Positions 8,445-18,207 of a DNA stretch of 64,000 nt are shown piece by piece. Position 1 is the stretch's first letter, and every line of letters begins with the position of its first letter. The position numbers and the translations under genes are program-made. The notes under the pieces are model-generated. The model ran no database searches and was not told where the DNA came from. It saw only the letters and a program-made list of their open reading frames with translations. The stretch comes from an uncultured euryarchaeote (GTDB lineage Archaea > Thermoplasmatota > Poseidoniia > Poseidoniales > Thalassarchaeaceae): positions 5,862-69,861 of the forward strand of contig CALDRG010000063.1 of the NCBI GenBank assembly GCA_937911265.1, read 5' to 3'.

Positions 8445-9815
8445 CTAAGCCCAATTTGGATCAGCCTCGCCGGCTTCCTCATCTGCTGGATCTTCCTCGT
8501 TGCGCCCCCATTCCGCGTCGGGTGAGCCGCCGGACCATTCCCCTGCCACTGAGATATCCTCGACGTCCTCGTCCTCCCTCCAAGGGGGCTCGCCGTCTGA
8601 GCCGCTGGTGACGAGGCATCCCTCCGGATCCAGTCGCTTGCGAAGAGTCCTGATGCCGCGAGACACTGGAAGGAGATGGCCAATTGGTGTGCCGGCGTTG
8701 ACGAACGGGTGGGTAGCGGTCGAAATCAGCAGGCCTCTGGTCGGAGAGAGGATGTCGTAACTCTCGCCGGGCCTCTCTGGGTCTGTCACCGTGGCAACCG
8801 TCTCACCATCCTCGACGAAACTACCTGCTGGAGTCAATACATCGAGCAGCCCGCCCTGGTCGGAGCGAATCCACACCGATCCGGAAGCTAGTATCCTGAA
8901 TCTTGGTCGGCTCGGGTAGCCGGGTAGAACCTTGAGGCTGCGGAGTACATTCAGCACCCCATAGATGGCGACCTGTACGGATTCCGGGTCAGCCTCGTTC
9001 GAACCACCGCCCTCGTAGGTTATGGCCCCAATTCCAGCATCATTGGCGGTCTTGCGCAGAGAGCCCTTCGGACCTACATTGTCGAGTATCGTCTCAATGC
9101 CGAACGACCTAGCAATCCGATTGCTGGGGCGATCTGCCAAGTTAGCACGAATCTGGGGCATGTTGGTTCGACCGACAGCAGCAGTATGGAGGTCGATCAA
9201 ATGATCGCTGCCCGAGATAATTTTGTGCCACAACCGGTGTGCCACTCTTGAGGTGGTGTTGCTATCGGGCTTTCCGGGAAAGCTCCTGTTCAAATCTCTG
9301 CCATCCGCCATGTACCTGCTCTGTCGCCGATATCCAGGTAGATTGACCACGGGGACTATTCGAAGCGTTCCAGCCATAGCAGCAGGATCAATCGCCTTGT
9401 CCTCACCGAGGAAGTTTGGCCCGCATAGGTAGGTCAGAGCTAGCGGTCCTACGAGCTCGTTTCCGTGAAGGGCCCCGAGCACAGTGACCACAGGTCCAGG
9501 CCTGGCTCCGTGGACTACGGTGATGGGAATTGGCCACGACTCCCCGATGTCGACATCCAGTAAATCAAATTCAATCTGTCTCACGGTGCCGGGACCTATT
9601 CTCTTCTTGAGGAACCTGTGATACTTCGGGCCATTCTTCCTCGACCACCTCTTCGGAGTGCCCTGGGTGTCTTCGAGGGCTTTCTCTATCTCCTTGCGCC
9701 GACTTTGTGGAATTTGATTGGCGACCTTCAACGGTTGCGACCGTCTTCGCTTGGATCTCGGGGCCGCTGCCTCAACAGGGACGTCATCCTGTGAACTCGA
9801 ATTCGTGTCTGTCAC
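8445..9815 (-). CDS. Succinylglutamate desuccinylase/aspartoacylase (AstE/AspA) family zinc hydrolase with basic N-terminal and acidic C-terminal extensions
   Basis: Core ITVVHGARPGPVVTVLGALHGNELVG ... DLHTAAVGRTN matches the AstE_AspA fold. N-terminal 80 aa is rich in KRRR/RRK. C-terminal 80 aa is D/E-rich. Confidence 0.65.
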   Translation of the reverse strand: MTDTNSSSQDDVPVEAAAPRSKRRRSQPLKVANQIPQSRRKEIEKALEDTQGTPKRWSRKNGPKYHRFLKKRIGPGTVRQIEFDLLDVDIGESWPIPITVVHGARPGPVVTVLGALHGNELVGPLALTYLCGPNFLGEDKAIDPAAMAGTLRIVPVVNLPGYRRQSRYMADGRDLNRSFPGKPDSNTTSRVAHRLWHKIISGSDHLIDLHTAAVGRTNMPQIRANLADRPSNRIARSFGIETILDNVGPKGSLRKTANDAGIGAITYEGGGSNEADPESVQVAIYGVLNVLRSLKVLPGYPSRPRFRILASGSVWIRSDQGGLLDVLTPAGSFVEDGETVATVTDPERPGESYDILSPTRGLLISTATHPFVNAGTPIGHLLPVSRGIRTLRKRLDPEGCLVTSGSDGEPPWREDEDVEDISVAGEWSGGSPDAEWGRNEEDPADEEAGEADPNWA

Positions 9816-9902
9816 CGGTTCACGGAAAAGGTCCCTCGATTAAGAGCATGCGTCGGCCAGACTCTAGAAATTTTCAATTCCTAGTGCGCCCTCGCAAGTA
9901 AT

Positions 9903-10376
9903 ATGGAACAGAGAGGGCCATCAGTACAGGAGGAGCACGCCCCGAACAGTATCTGCTTTGGCTGTGGGCCAGCCAATCAAAACGGCTTGAAAATCCGCTC
10001 GTTCCGCAGCGAGCACGGGTTGGAGATGGAATTCTCACCCAAGGCTGAGCATCAGGCATTTCCAGGTATGATTAATGGGGGGATAATCGGGACACTGCTG
10101 GACTGTCACGGGAACTGGACAGCATCGATGGCCCTAATGGACCAATCCGGTGAGTCCGAACCGCCCTGCACCGTGACTGCATCTTACTCGATTAAGCTCA
10201 GGAGACCCACTCCCTACGGGGTTGCTCTGCAGGTCAGCTCGAAGATCGAGGAGATTGAAGAAGGCCGAGTGAAGGTGAGAATGACCTTGAGAGCGGATGG
10301 CGAGGTCTGTGCCACTGGAGGGGGACTCTTTGTCGCCGTAAAGGAGGGCCATCCCGCCTTCCATCGCTGGAATTAG
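9903..10376 (+). CDS. Hotdog-fold thioesterase (PaaI/4HBT-like)
   Basis: CFGCGPANQNGL motif and about 150-aa size are typical of PaaI-like acyl-CoA thioesterases. Confidence 0.65.
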   Translation: MEQRGPSVQEEHAPNSICFGCGPANQNGLKIRSFRSEHGLEMEFSPKAEHQAFPGMINGGIIGTLLDCHGNWTASMALMDQSGESEPPCTVTASYSIKLRRPTPYGVALQVSSKIEEIEEGRVKVRMTLRADGEVCATGGGLFVAVKEGHPAFHRWN

Positions 10377-10423
10377 TCCTCACTACTCGGCATCCTTTAG
10401 AACGGCCGAATCGAAGACGTGCT

Positions 10424-12973
10424 GTGACCCAATCAGCAGGGCCTCCCTCGCGCAGGCTCGAAGACCTCGGACTGGACGAGAGAATCGTGTCAATGCTGCA
10501 CGAGAACTGGGGCATTGAGGAGCTGTTTCCGCCTCAGGCGGAGGCTTTGCCGTACGCCCTATCAGGACGTAACGTGATGCTTACCATACCGACCGCCAGC
10601 GGCAAGTCACTGGTAGCTTATTTGGCCATCGTCCACCGGTTGACCAGTGACCTAGAAGGTGCTCGCGCTCTGTATGTGGTGCCGCTGAAGGCTCTGGCCA
10701 CTGAAAAGGTGGCTGAATTGAGGGAGATTGCCTCAGTAGTCGGCCTGCGCGTCGGCCTCGCCATCGGCGATAGAGGGAGCGAGACCGGGATGATAGAGGA
10801 AGCAGATATTCTCGTGTGTACCAGTGAGAAGCTGGATTCACTCCTACGGACTCGCTCTGAAATGATGGACAGGGTCGGCATCGTCGTCAGCGACGAGTTT
10901 CATCTACTGCATGACCCGGGGCGTGGCCCGACTCTCGAGGTCTTGCTATCGCGCATCCGACACAGGAGGCCTGAAGCCCAGATTATTGCCCTTTCCGCCA
11001 CCGTAGGAAACGCCACAGAGATGGCAGAGTGGCTTGACTCCAAGCTGATTGTATCCGACTGGCGCCCCGTCACTCTGCGCTACGGCACCTTGACAGGGCT
11101 GGATGCTAGAGTGCACAGAGTAGATGGATCTGGAGAAGAGATGCCGCCTGAACCACGCGAGCTGGAGGGCAAGACTACCCGCCCGCTGCAGGCAATTCTG
11201 CAAGACACTGTCCAAAACGGTGGGCAGCTTCTCGTCTTCGTGTCCTCCCGCGCCTCTGCCCAGAAGGAGGCACGCGAGCTCTCCAAACACATCCAGCGGA
11301 TGCTGATTGAGGGCAGCCATGACTTCGATGGTGGAATAGTCGAGAGATGGGGAGATATCGCTGACAGACTCGGCGGAAGCGGCGACTCCTCTGCCACGGT
11401 GGGCTCGCTGGAATCTTCGCTCAGAGGTGGTGTTGCCTTCCACCACGCAGGACTAACCAGTAAACACCGCAATATTGTCGAAGACTCGTTCAAAAGCGGT
11501 GACTTATTCTGCGTGGTCGCCACACCGACGCTCGCGCAGGGAGTCAACCTACCCGCGCGAACGGTGGTGGTCAGGGACTACAGGAGGTGGAGCGCGGCTG
11601 CGGGCATGACAATGCCCCTTCCCGTACTCGAAATCTTGCAAATGATGGGCAGGGCTGGCCGGCCAAAGTACGACGTCGTCGGTGAGGCGTGGTTGCTTGC
11701 AAAGAGTCGTGACGAGGAGTCCCATCTGGTCGATTTGTACCTGCACGGCGAACCTGAGGAAGTGACTTCAAAACTCGCCAATCCAAACGCCCTGAGGGCC
11801 GAGGAGGATCCTGCTTTGCTCACTCACGTCCTATCCATGGTAGCTACCGGAGGCACCGCTGACAGGGACGCACTCGGGAAATTCTTCTCCAAGACATTTC
11901 TCGCAACCCAGTTAGATTCTGAGTCCCTAGCTGCTAGAATAGACGACGTAGTCAGCTGGCTCGCATCGAACGGGATGATCGACAGACTCGGAGAATCTGA
12001 AGAGGTGAGGGCGAGAATCCTTGAAACGCCTCCCGTTGAACAACCTGAGGATTGGGAGGACGAACTTCCTTCATGGGTCGACTCCGCCTCCGAAGTGACA
12101 GGCCTAGATGTTGCATATGAGCCGAATAGAGGATATGGTAAGAAGCCTCGTCGCGGCCCCCCTATCTTTGGTTTCCGTAAGGCCAGTGCGCATGACTCGT
12201 ACGAGGCTGACCCTCCTGAGTCGTCTTCGATGGCCTACAGTGCCACACCTCTAGGAAAGAGGGTCGCGCAGTTGTACCTCAATCCAATATCCGGGCGCAT
12301 CATACGCGATGGGTTAGGCAAGGCCATGGCCACCCTCACAGGAGAGGATGATTACGGGCAGGTCTCCCCCCTGAGTCTCTTGCACCTAGTCTCTTGCACC
12401 CCCGACTTCCTGCCACTATGGCCGAGAAAGGGCGATTACGACGCCATTCAAGCCGCTCTGCACGGCCATGAGAGGGAGTTTCTCACCGAGGCAGTGGACC
12501 TTGACGAGGAGCGTCGGATGAAAGGTGTCCTCGTACTCCAATCGTGGACCGAGGAGGCCCGTGTAGAGCATGTAGAGAGGGACTGGGGGGTACAGCCGGG
12601 GGACCTGCGAGGACGCGTCGAGTTGGCCGAGTGGCTACTCTACGCGACTAGAAGGATTCTGGCTGAAGACGAGAAGCTCTCTTCGATGGACAGGAATGCT
12701 CATCGCACCCTAGTAGAGGCAGTCGACGAGATTCACCGCAGGGTGCGGTACGGATGCAAGGCAGATCTCCTAGGTCTGGTGGCCCTGCGCGGAGTCGGCA
12801 GATCCAGAGCGAGGCAGATGGTGGACCTGCTGGGCGTCTCCAACGCCGCAGACGTGGCTGCTCTGACCGAGCGGGACATGCAGAAGTTGTCTGATCTGCG
12901 TGGATGGAGTCCCCAACTGGTGGATGGAGTGGTCGCAACGGCTGGTCGCGCTGTTAGGCGGGGTTCGCGATAG
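10424..12973 (+). CDS. hel308: Ski2-like ATP-dependent DNA helicase Hel308/Hjm (extended, 849 aa)
   Basis: Helicase motifs TIPTASGKSL (I), DEFH (II), SAT (III), ATPTLAQGVNLPA, MMGRAGRP (VI). C-terminal ratchet/HhH-like region. About 130 aa longer than typical archaeal Hel308. Confidence 0.8.
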   Translation: MTQSAGPPSRRLEDLGLDERIVSMLHENWGIEELFPPQAEALPYALSGRNVMLTIPTASGKSLVAYLAIVHRLTSDLEGARALYVVPLKALATEKVAELREIASVVGLRVGLAIGDRGSETGMIEEADILVCTSEKLDSLLRTRSEMMDRVGIVVSDEFHLLHDPGRGPTLEVLLSRIRHRRPEAQIIALSATVGNATEMAEWLDSKLIVSDWRPVTLRYGTLTGLDARVHRVDGSGEEMPPEPRELEGKTTRPLQAILQDTVQNGGQLLVFVSSRASAQKEARELSKHIQRMLIEGSHDFDGGIVERWGDIADRLGGSGDSSATVGSLESSLRGGVAFHHAGLTSKHRNIVEDSFKSGDLFCVVATPTLAQGVNLPARTVVVRDYRRWSAAAGMTMPLPVLEILQMMGRAGRPKYDVVGEAWLLAKSRDEESHLVDLYLHGEPEEVTSKLANPNALRAEEDPALLTHVLSMVATGGTADRDALGKFFSKTFLATQLDSESLAARIDDVVSWLASNGMIDRLGESEEVRARILETPPVEQPEDWEDELPSWVDSASEVTGLDVAYEPNRGYGKKPRRGPPIFGFRKASAHDSYEADPPESSSMAYSATPLGKRVAQLYLNPISGRIIRDGLGKAMATLTGEDDYGQVSPLSLLHLVSCTPDFLPLWPRKGDYDAIQAALHGHEREFLTEAVDLDEERRMKGVLVLQSWTEEARVEHVERDWGVQPGDLRGRVELAEWLLYATRRILAEDEKLSSMDRNAHRTLVEAVDEIHRRVRYGCKADLLGLVALRGVGRSRARQMVDLLGVSNAADVAALTERDMQKLSDLRGWSPQLVDGVVATAGRAVRRGSR

Positions 12974-13006
12974 AGACCCTTCTTCAACGGGAGGCCATCG
13001 CAGCGC

Positions 13007-13576
13007 ATGGACCAATCCTCGTCAATACCATGGTTCCCAGCTTGGGGCATCGGCTTCGGAGAAGCGATGGTTGAACCGAGCGAGGTTGTTGCGCTGTTTA
13101 GAGAGTGGAGGCCTAGTGAGAGATGGCTGCTTCTGGCCTACGACGCCGCTTGTAGTGAGGTTCGACTGTGGACGGCTTGGACCGCCCTCAGAAGACTGGA
13201 GGATTCGAATCGCATGGTGGCAAGGACCTGTGATGCAGAGTTCCTAAGGCTAATCTCAGGCACGCATCAACTCAGTTCCGCCTTCGAGCGTGCCGGCATC
13301 AGCAGCGGCGACCAGTCAGCTTGGATAATCCACCTGCCGGAAACAGTGGTCGGAGAGGAGTTTGGCCAGATGGAGGTTTCACGCACTAGCTATCTGGACA
13401 ACGAGATCGAAGCGACTAGGCTGATAGAGCACCTTGAAGCGAGGCTGCTCGCCCACAGGCCCGTTCCAAGCGAAGCTGGCTTACTGAGACTAGGTGTCAT
13501 CGAGAGTGGGGACTCAATAGAGGCTGCGAGGAGAGAGGATGCTTTCCTTCTCCACACCGCTCTCGCTGATATGTAA
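13007..13576 (+). CDS. Hypothetical protein (189 aa), downstream of hel308
   Basis: ORF with no recognisable motif. Same strand as hel308, 34 nt downstream. Confidence 0.4.
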   Translation: MDQSSSIPWFPAWGIGFGEAMVEPSEVVALFREWRPSERWLLLAYDAACSEVRLWTAWTALRRLEDSNRMVARTCDAEFLRLISGTHQLSSAFERAGISSGDQSAWIIHLPETVVGEEFGQMEVSRTSYLDNEIEATRLIEHLEARLLAHRPVPSEAGLLRLGVIESGDSIEAARREDAFLLHTALADM

Positions 13577-13635
13577 GCGATTGACCCTATGGAGTCAAAC
13601 TCATAGGCGGGACGCCCGAGGGTTCCTCGGGGAAA

Positions 13636-13881
13636 ATGGCGAAATTTCACGGATTCAGGCACTGCGTCACCTGCAAGGTAAACTGCACTCCGGGCAATTT
13701 CGTAGACTTCGAGAGCAAGAGGTACTGCACAGCATGCTGGATTGAGGGGAATAACCCTGAGCATCCAGAACTTGAGCTAATCAGACAGCAGGTCATCGAC
13801 TCGGCAGAGGAGTGGAAGTGTGCCAAGTGGAGTCGCCAAGAGGGGCCTCTGCCAGATGGCCCGAGACCGGCTCGCAAGTGA
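13636..13881 (+). CDS. Small zinc-ribbon protein (CxxC...CxxC)
   Basis: CVTC...CTAC Cys pairs. Preceded by two tandem hairpins in a 59-nt spacer. Confidence 0.5.
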   Translation: MAKFHGFRHCVTCKVNCTPGNFVDFESKRYCTACWIEGNNPEHPELELIRQQVIDSAEEWKCAKWSRQEGPLPDGPRPARK

Positions 13882-13890
13882 GGTGATAGT

Positions 13891-15597
13891 TTGGGTTCTG
13901 GATTCATCACTGAGGATTTTGATGCTGCTCAGTGGGAGAACATTGAGCCCTATGCTCACGACCTCTTGAATCGCGAGTTGAACTGCTCGGGCTGTCTCGA
14001 AACTCTGATCAAAGACTGTTCGATTCTTTCCGAGCACATCTCTGAGGCGGGAACGCTTCTGAGCATTGCTATGACATGCGACACCGAGAGCGAGGCCAAG
14101 CGTCAGGCCTACCTAGACTTCATTGAGAACGCCCAGCCCAAATTGTCGGAGTTCGGCGACGCCTTCAACCGCAGACTTGCTGAACACCCCTCAGTCAGCG
14201 ACCTGCCGCCTCGCTACGACTTGATGATTAAGTGCATCCGGACCGATATCGAGACCTTTCGAGAAGAGAACATCCCACTGCAGATCGAAGAGGCCAAATT
14301 GGAGACGGAGCACAGCACCATCACCGGAGCCATGACAGTAGAGTTCGAGGGCGAGGAGAAGACATTTCCGCAGATGGCCCTCTACTTCGAGAGTACTGAT
14401 CGGAGTATCAGGGAGGCTGCTTGGAGGGCGGTCATGGAGAGGATAAGTCAGGATACGGAGAGGCTGTCTGAGATTTACGACAAACTGATTCAAATCCGGC
14501 ATCGGATAGCGGTAAACGCTGGATTCGATGACTACCGCTCCTACATCTTCGAAGCCAAGCATCGCTACGACTACTCTATGGAGGACTGTCTCGAGTTTCA
14601 CGACTCAATCGAGCGCGTCTGCGTACCGATGATGCACGAAATTCAAGAGCTTAGGCGCGAGGCTCTCAGAGTTGTTGCGTTGCGACCGTGGGACGTCAGC
14701 GAGAAGAGTGGTGGTGGGGTGGACATTCACGGAAGGCCGCCGCTGAGGCCCTTCGAGGATGTCGAGGGGCTAATCACAGGCTGCTCGGACGTCTTCCACG
14801 ACATGTCCCCCGAACTGGGGGGCATGTTCGACATGCTGAGAGAGAGGGAATCTCTCGACCTTGAGAGCAGGAAAGGCAAGGCACCGGGCGGCTATCAGGC
14901 CAACCTCGAGAAGACTCGAATACCATTCATCTTCATGAACGCGGCTGGCACTCACGACAACCTGTCTACGATGTTGCACGAGGCCGGGCACGCGTTCCAC
15001 TCGTGCTACAGCTCCGACTTGGAGCTCATAGGGGAGCGTAACCCACCTCTCGAGTTCGCAGAGGTAGCCTCGATGTCTATGGAGCTGATGAGTCAACCTC
15101 AATGGAACGTATTTTACAGTGATGAGGAAGCCCGTAGAGCGAAGCTCGATGATCTCGAGAAGATCGTCTGCTTCTTACCATGGATGGCCACTATAGATGC
15201 CTTCCAGCACTGGGTCTACGCCAATCCCGAACATACTCGCGAAGACCGATCTGAACACTGGTTAGAGTTGAGGAGGAAGTTTGGTCCGAGGATCGATTGG
15301 AGTGGTTTTGAGGAGCTGAAAGAGACCTCCTGGCAGGGTCAACTTCATCTGTTCCAAGTGCCTTTCTATTACATCGAGTACGGAATAGCGCAACTCGGGG
15401 CGCTGCAAATGTGGCAGCACCACAGAAGAGACGCGGCGGATGGCCTCGCCCGCTACGCACGGGCTATGAGGCTGGGCAACACCAAGCCGCTCCCGGAACT
15501 GTTCGGAGCCGCCGGTCTCAACCTCGGTTTTGACGAGGAGCACGTCGCATCGCTGATTGGCGAATTGAGCGAGGCGATGGCAGAGATTCGAACCTGA
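13891..15597 (+). CDS. pepF: Oligoendopeptidase F (M3B family metallopeptidase)
   Basis: HEAGHAFH zinc-binding HExxH in an M3B-length protein. TTG start with AGGTGA SD 5 nt upstream. Confidence 0.8.
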   Translation: MGSGFITEDFDAAQWENIEPYAHDLLNRELNCSGCLETLIKDCSILSEHISEAGTLLSIAMTCDTESEAKRQAYLDFIENAQPKLSEFGDAFNRRLAEHPSVSDLPPRYDLMIKCIRTDIETFREENIPLQIEEAKLETEHSTITGAMTVEFEGEEKTFPQMALYFESTDRSIREAAWRAVMERISQDTERLSEIYDKLIQIRHRIAVNAGFDDYRSYIFEAKHRYDYSMEDCLEFHDSIERVCVPMMHEIQELRREALRVVALRPWDVSEKSGGGVDIHGRPPLRPFEDVEGLITGCSDVFHDMSPELGGMFDMLRERESLDLESRKGKAPGGYQANLEKTRIPFIFMNAAGTHDNLSTMLHEAGHAFHSCYSSDLELIGERNPPLEFAEVASMSMELMSQPQWNVFYSDEEARRAKLDDLEKIVCFLPWMATIDAFQHWVYANPEHTREDRSEHWLELRRKFGPRIDWSGFEELKETSWQGQLHLFQVPFYYIEYGIAQLGALQMWQHHRRDAADGLARYARAMRLGNTKPLPELFGAAGLNLGFDEEHVASLIGELSEAMAEIRT

Positions 15598-15644
15598 CCG
15601 GCAGTATATTGCCCCCTACGGTCTAGCGGTTTAGAGGTGGAAGG

Positions 15645-16946
15645 ATGGAAGGTGTCTCCGAGGTAGGCTACTTAGGACGACTGAGGCAATTCAGCCGTAA
15701 TGCCCGGTTGTACCTGCTGCACGTCATCGGGATGGACCTGATTCACGGGGCCTGGGAGGTCCTGTTCAACCTCTACCTGCTGGCTGTAGGCTTCGATGTC
15801 AAGTTCGTCGGCATCAGAATCGCCGTTCTTGGCATAGCAGGTTCGCTGGCCTCGATTCCGGCGGGCAAGCTAGCCGATCGCATAGACCGTAAATGGGGAT
15901 TCATCATCGGTGATGGAGGAGGGGCCGTGTGTGCGCTGATACTCATTATGTCCACCAATGCGAATACAATCCTAGCGTTCTCAGCCGTCTCAGCCTGCTT
16001 CAGCGCGCTGCACCATGTCACTGAGTCGCCGTTCATGGCGGAGAACTCCGAGCCAGATGAGAGAATCCACCTATTCAGCGTCGAGCAAGGGTTGGGCACT
16101 CTCGCAGCGATGGTAGGGGCACTGATTGCGGGGTTCCTACCTCAGTACCTCATCGCCTCAGAGGGATTGTCTCTTGTCGAGGCCTACAGGTGGGCGGTCC
16201 ACATCGGAATAGCATGGTGGTTCCTATCTCTGATACCAGCTATCATGCTCAAACGGCATGTCTCGGAAGAGGTGGCCAAAGCGAGGGCGGAGGTCGCGCA
16301 GGATGAACGCAGCGGCTGGCTCTCGGCTCTCCATAACCCGAAAACAGTGTACCGATTCGTAGCTATAGGGACTCTGCTATCTCTGGGAGGGGGTTTCGTT
16401 CTCAGGCTAGCTAACGTGTTCTTCCACTACGACCTGCACGCTCACGAGCACCAGATCGGGATGGTCTTTGCAACCGGCTCGTTCTTCCTCGCCATAGGGG
16501 CATTCACTGTTCCTTTGGTGGTCGAGCGGCTAGGAGAGGTTGCTACTATCGTGTGGACGAGGTTTGCAGCGATTCCCTTCATCCTCCTCATTGGCTTCGC
16601 GCCGGAGCTGGCCTCACCCGAGACCGTGGTTTCCTTAGCTGGTCTCGCATGGGTCCTAAGGACAACCCTGTTCAATATGTCAGGCCCAGCATTCGAGGCA
16701 TTCAGTATGGGTCAGCTGCATCCAACAGAGCGGGCCACTTACATTGGCATATCACGCTTGTTCGGAAGTGCGATGGCCGCAGTGGGCGGATATCTGGGGG
16801 CGGTCCTGATGAGCGGGGGTGACTTCCGCACCCCATTCATCGTGATGGCAGTGCTGTACGCGATATCCACTGCCCTATTCATGCAGTGGTTCAGAGGCAC
16901 CCCTGGTCTTTCGGACTCGAGAAGCCTACGGGAATCAGTCCCGTAG
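15645..16946 (+). CDS. MFS transporter
   Basis: 12 predicted TM helices. [12 protein letters not shown]-type MFS loop motif. Confidence 0.7.
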   Translation: MEGVSEVGYLGRLRQFSRNARLYLLHVIGMDLIHGAWEVLFNLYLLAVGFDVKFVGIRIAVLGIAGSLASIPAGKLADRIDRKWGFIIGDGGGAVCALILIMSTNANTILAFSAVSACFSALHHVTESPFMAENSEPDERIHLFSVEQGLGTLAAMVGALIAGFLPQYLIASEGLSLVEAYRWAVHIGIAWWFLSLIPAIMLKRHVSEEVAKARAEVAQDERSGWLSALHNPKTVYRFVAIGTLLSLGGGFVLRLANVFFHYDLHAHEHQIGMVFATGSFFLAIGAFTVPLVVERLGEVATIVWTRFAAIPFILLIGFAPELASPETVVSLAGLAWVLRTTLFNMSGPAFEAFSMGQLHPTERATYIGISRLFGSAMAAVGGYLGAVLMSGGDFRTPFIVMAVLYAISTALFMQWFRGTPGLSDSRSLRESVP

Positions 16947-17945
16947 GCCCTCGGATGTCACGGTAAAGACCGCTTCGCCCTCAGGCAGGTTAGGACTGTC
17001 GACTAGGCGGGCTATGCGTCGGCCCCCCTTCGACTTCCTGAGGTACAAGCGGAATGTGCTGGCGTGTGCTACGATGTGCCCTCCAATGGCTCTAGTTGGA
17101 TCTCCCCACATAGCATCGGGCTTCGACATGACTTGGTTGGTCACCAGAATTAGAGCATTCTGGACGTCTGCGACTTGCTTGAGCTCCTTCATGTGGCGAT
17201 TGAGCTTCTGCTGCCTAGGGGCCAGCATGCCGCGCCCGATGTACTCTGAGCGAAAATGACTGGTCAACGAGTCAACGATGATTAACTTGACATCGATGTT
17301 CTTTGACATCCTCTTGATCTCATCCACTAGGAGTATCTGATGGGCTGAGTTGTAAGCCCGGGCGACGTGAATCCTGTCAAGGACGTCCAGTGGATTTATC
17401 CCGATAGCTTCAGCCATCTGCGTTATCCGCTCGGGCCTGAAAGTGTCCTCAGTATCGATGTAGAAGACCTCGCCGTCGAATCCTCCCTGATCCAAGGGTA
17501 GGACCGTATTGACTGCAAGCTGATGCCCAATCTGAGTCTTACCACTGCCGAACTCGCCGTAGACCTCTACGATAGCCTGGGTCTCGAAGCCACCACCAAG
17601 TAGCTCATCCAATGCCGAGGTTCCTGATGTGAGCTTCTGCACCTGTCGGCGGCGGTCTAGAAGTGCTGTGCCACTGAGGAAGCCACCTATGTTGGCCATC
17701 TTCTTCGCGCCGGAGATGATTTTGGCCGCTACGGCCTCGCCCAGTTCGGCTTGCTCAGCCAGCTCAGTCGGGCTCATCACCGCTATAGCGAGCAATTCGT
17801 CGAAGCCTGCTTCGCGCAGCTTCTCCGCTGTCGCGGGACCGACCCCTGGAAGATCCTCTACGGTACTCTCAGGATCATCCACATCAATCACTATCTTGCT
17901 TTCTTCAACCTTCTCACTTGCTGTCTTCTTGGTCATGTCCCTCAC
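16935..17945 (-). CDS. radA: DNA repair and recombination protein RadA
   Basis: N-terminal HhH ([17 protein letters not shown]), Walker [10 protein letters not shown], Walker B LIIVDS. Full archaeal RadA architecture. Confidence 0.9.
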   Translation of the reverse strand: MRDMTKKTASEKVEESKIVIDVDDPESTVEDLPGVGPATAEKLREAGFDELLAIAVMSPTELAEQAELGEAVAAKIISGAKKMANIGGFLSGTALLDRRRQVQKLTSGTSALDELLGGGFETQAIVEVYGEFGSGKTQIGHQLAVNTVLPLDQGGFDGEVFYIDTEDTFRPERITQMAEAIGINPLDVLDRIHVARAYNSAHQILLVDEIKRMSKNIDVKLIIVDSLTSHFRSEYIGRGMLAPRQQKLNRHMKELKQVADVQNALILVTNQVMSKPDAMWGDPTRAIGGHIVAHASTFRLYLRKSKGGRRIARLVDSPNLPEGEAVFTVTSEGLRD

Positions 17946-18074
17946 CTTGTTACAACCTCTATCGGGGTTCGATAGTACTTGAACAAATGATTGACCCGTG
18001 CCGGCGGTTGAAAGTGCTTCACATCGTCGTTTGCTCTCAGTACAACGATTTTCACTTTTAGTGTGTTTCGTCTG

Positions 18075-18152
18075 TGGTAGCGGGTGGTAGATTTGAACTA
18101 CCGGTCTCCGGGTTATGAGCCCGACGAGATAACCTGGCTACTCCAACCCGCT
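18075..18152 (-). tRNA. Initiator tRNA-Met (anticodon CAU), CCA encoded
   Basis: Reverse complement reads AGCGGGTTGGAGTAGCCAGGTTATCTCGTCGGGCTCATAACCCGGAGACCGGTAGTTCAAATCTACCACCCGCTACCA. A1:U72 pair, GGG/CCC in the anticodon stem, CAU anticodon and TTCAAATC T-loop are archaeal initiator features. Confidence 0.9.
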
Positions 18153-18173
18153 ATGTCCTTGGGTCTACGGTTG

Positions 18174-18181
18174 GTTATATG
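18174..18181. promoter_or_regulatory. Near-palindromic TATA-like element (TTATATG) positioned about -26 from the tRNA-iMet 5' end on the minus strand and about -30 from the pyrC-like ATG on the plus strand
   Basis: Only AT-rich hexamer in the 55-bp divergent spacer. Spacing fits archaeal TBP/TFB promoters and implies a leaderless pyrC mRNA. Confidence 0.45.
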
Positions 18182-18207
18182 AACAGCACCTTAGACGGAA
18201 GGAAAGC

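Noticed and set aside
10946-11547. Minus-strand ORFs of 155-166 aa overlapping hel308
   Set aside because: Nested antisense to a CDS with all helicase motifs. No start context or motifs.
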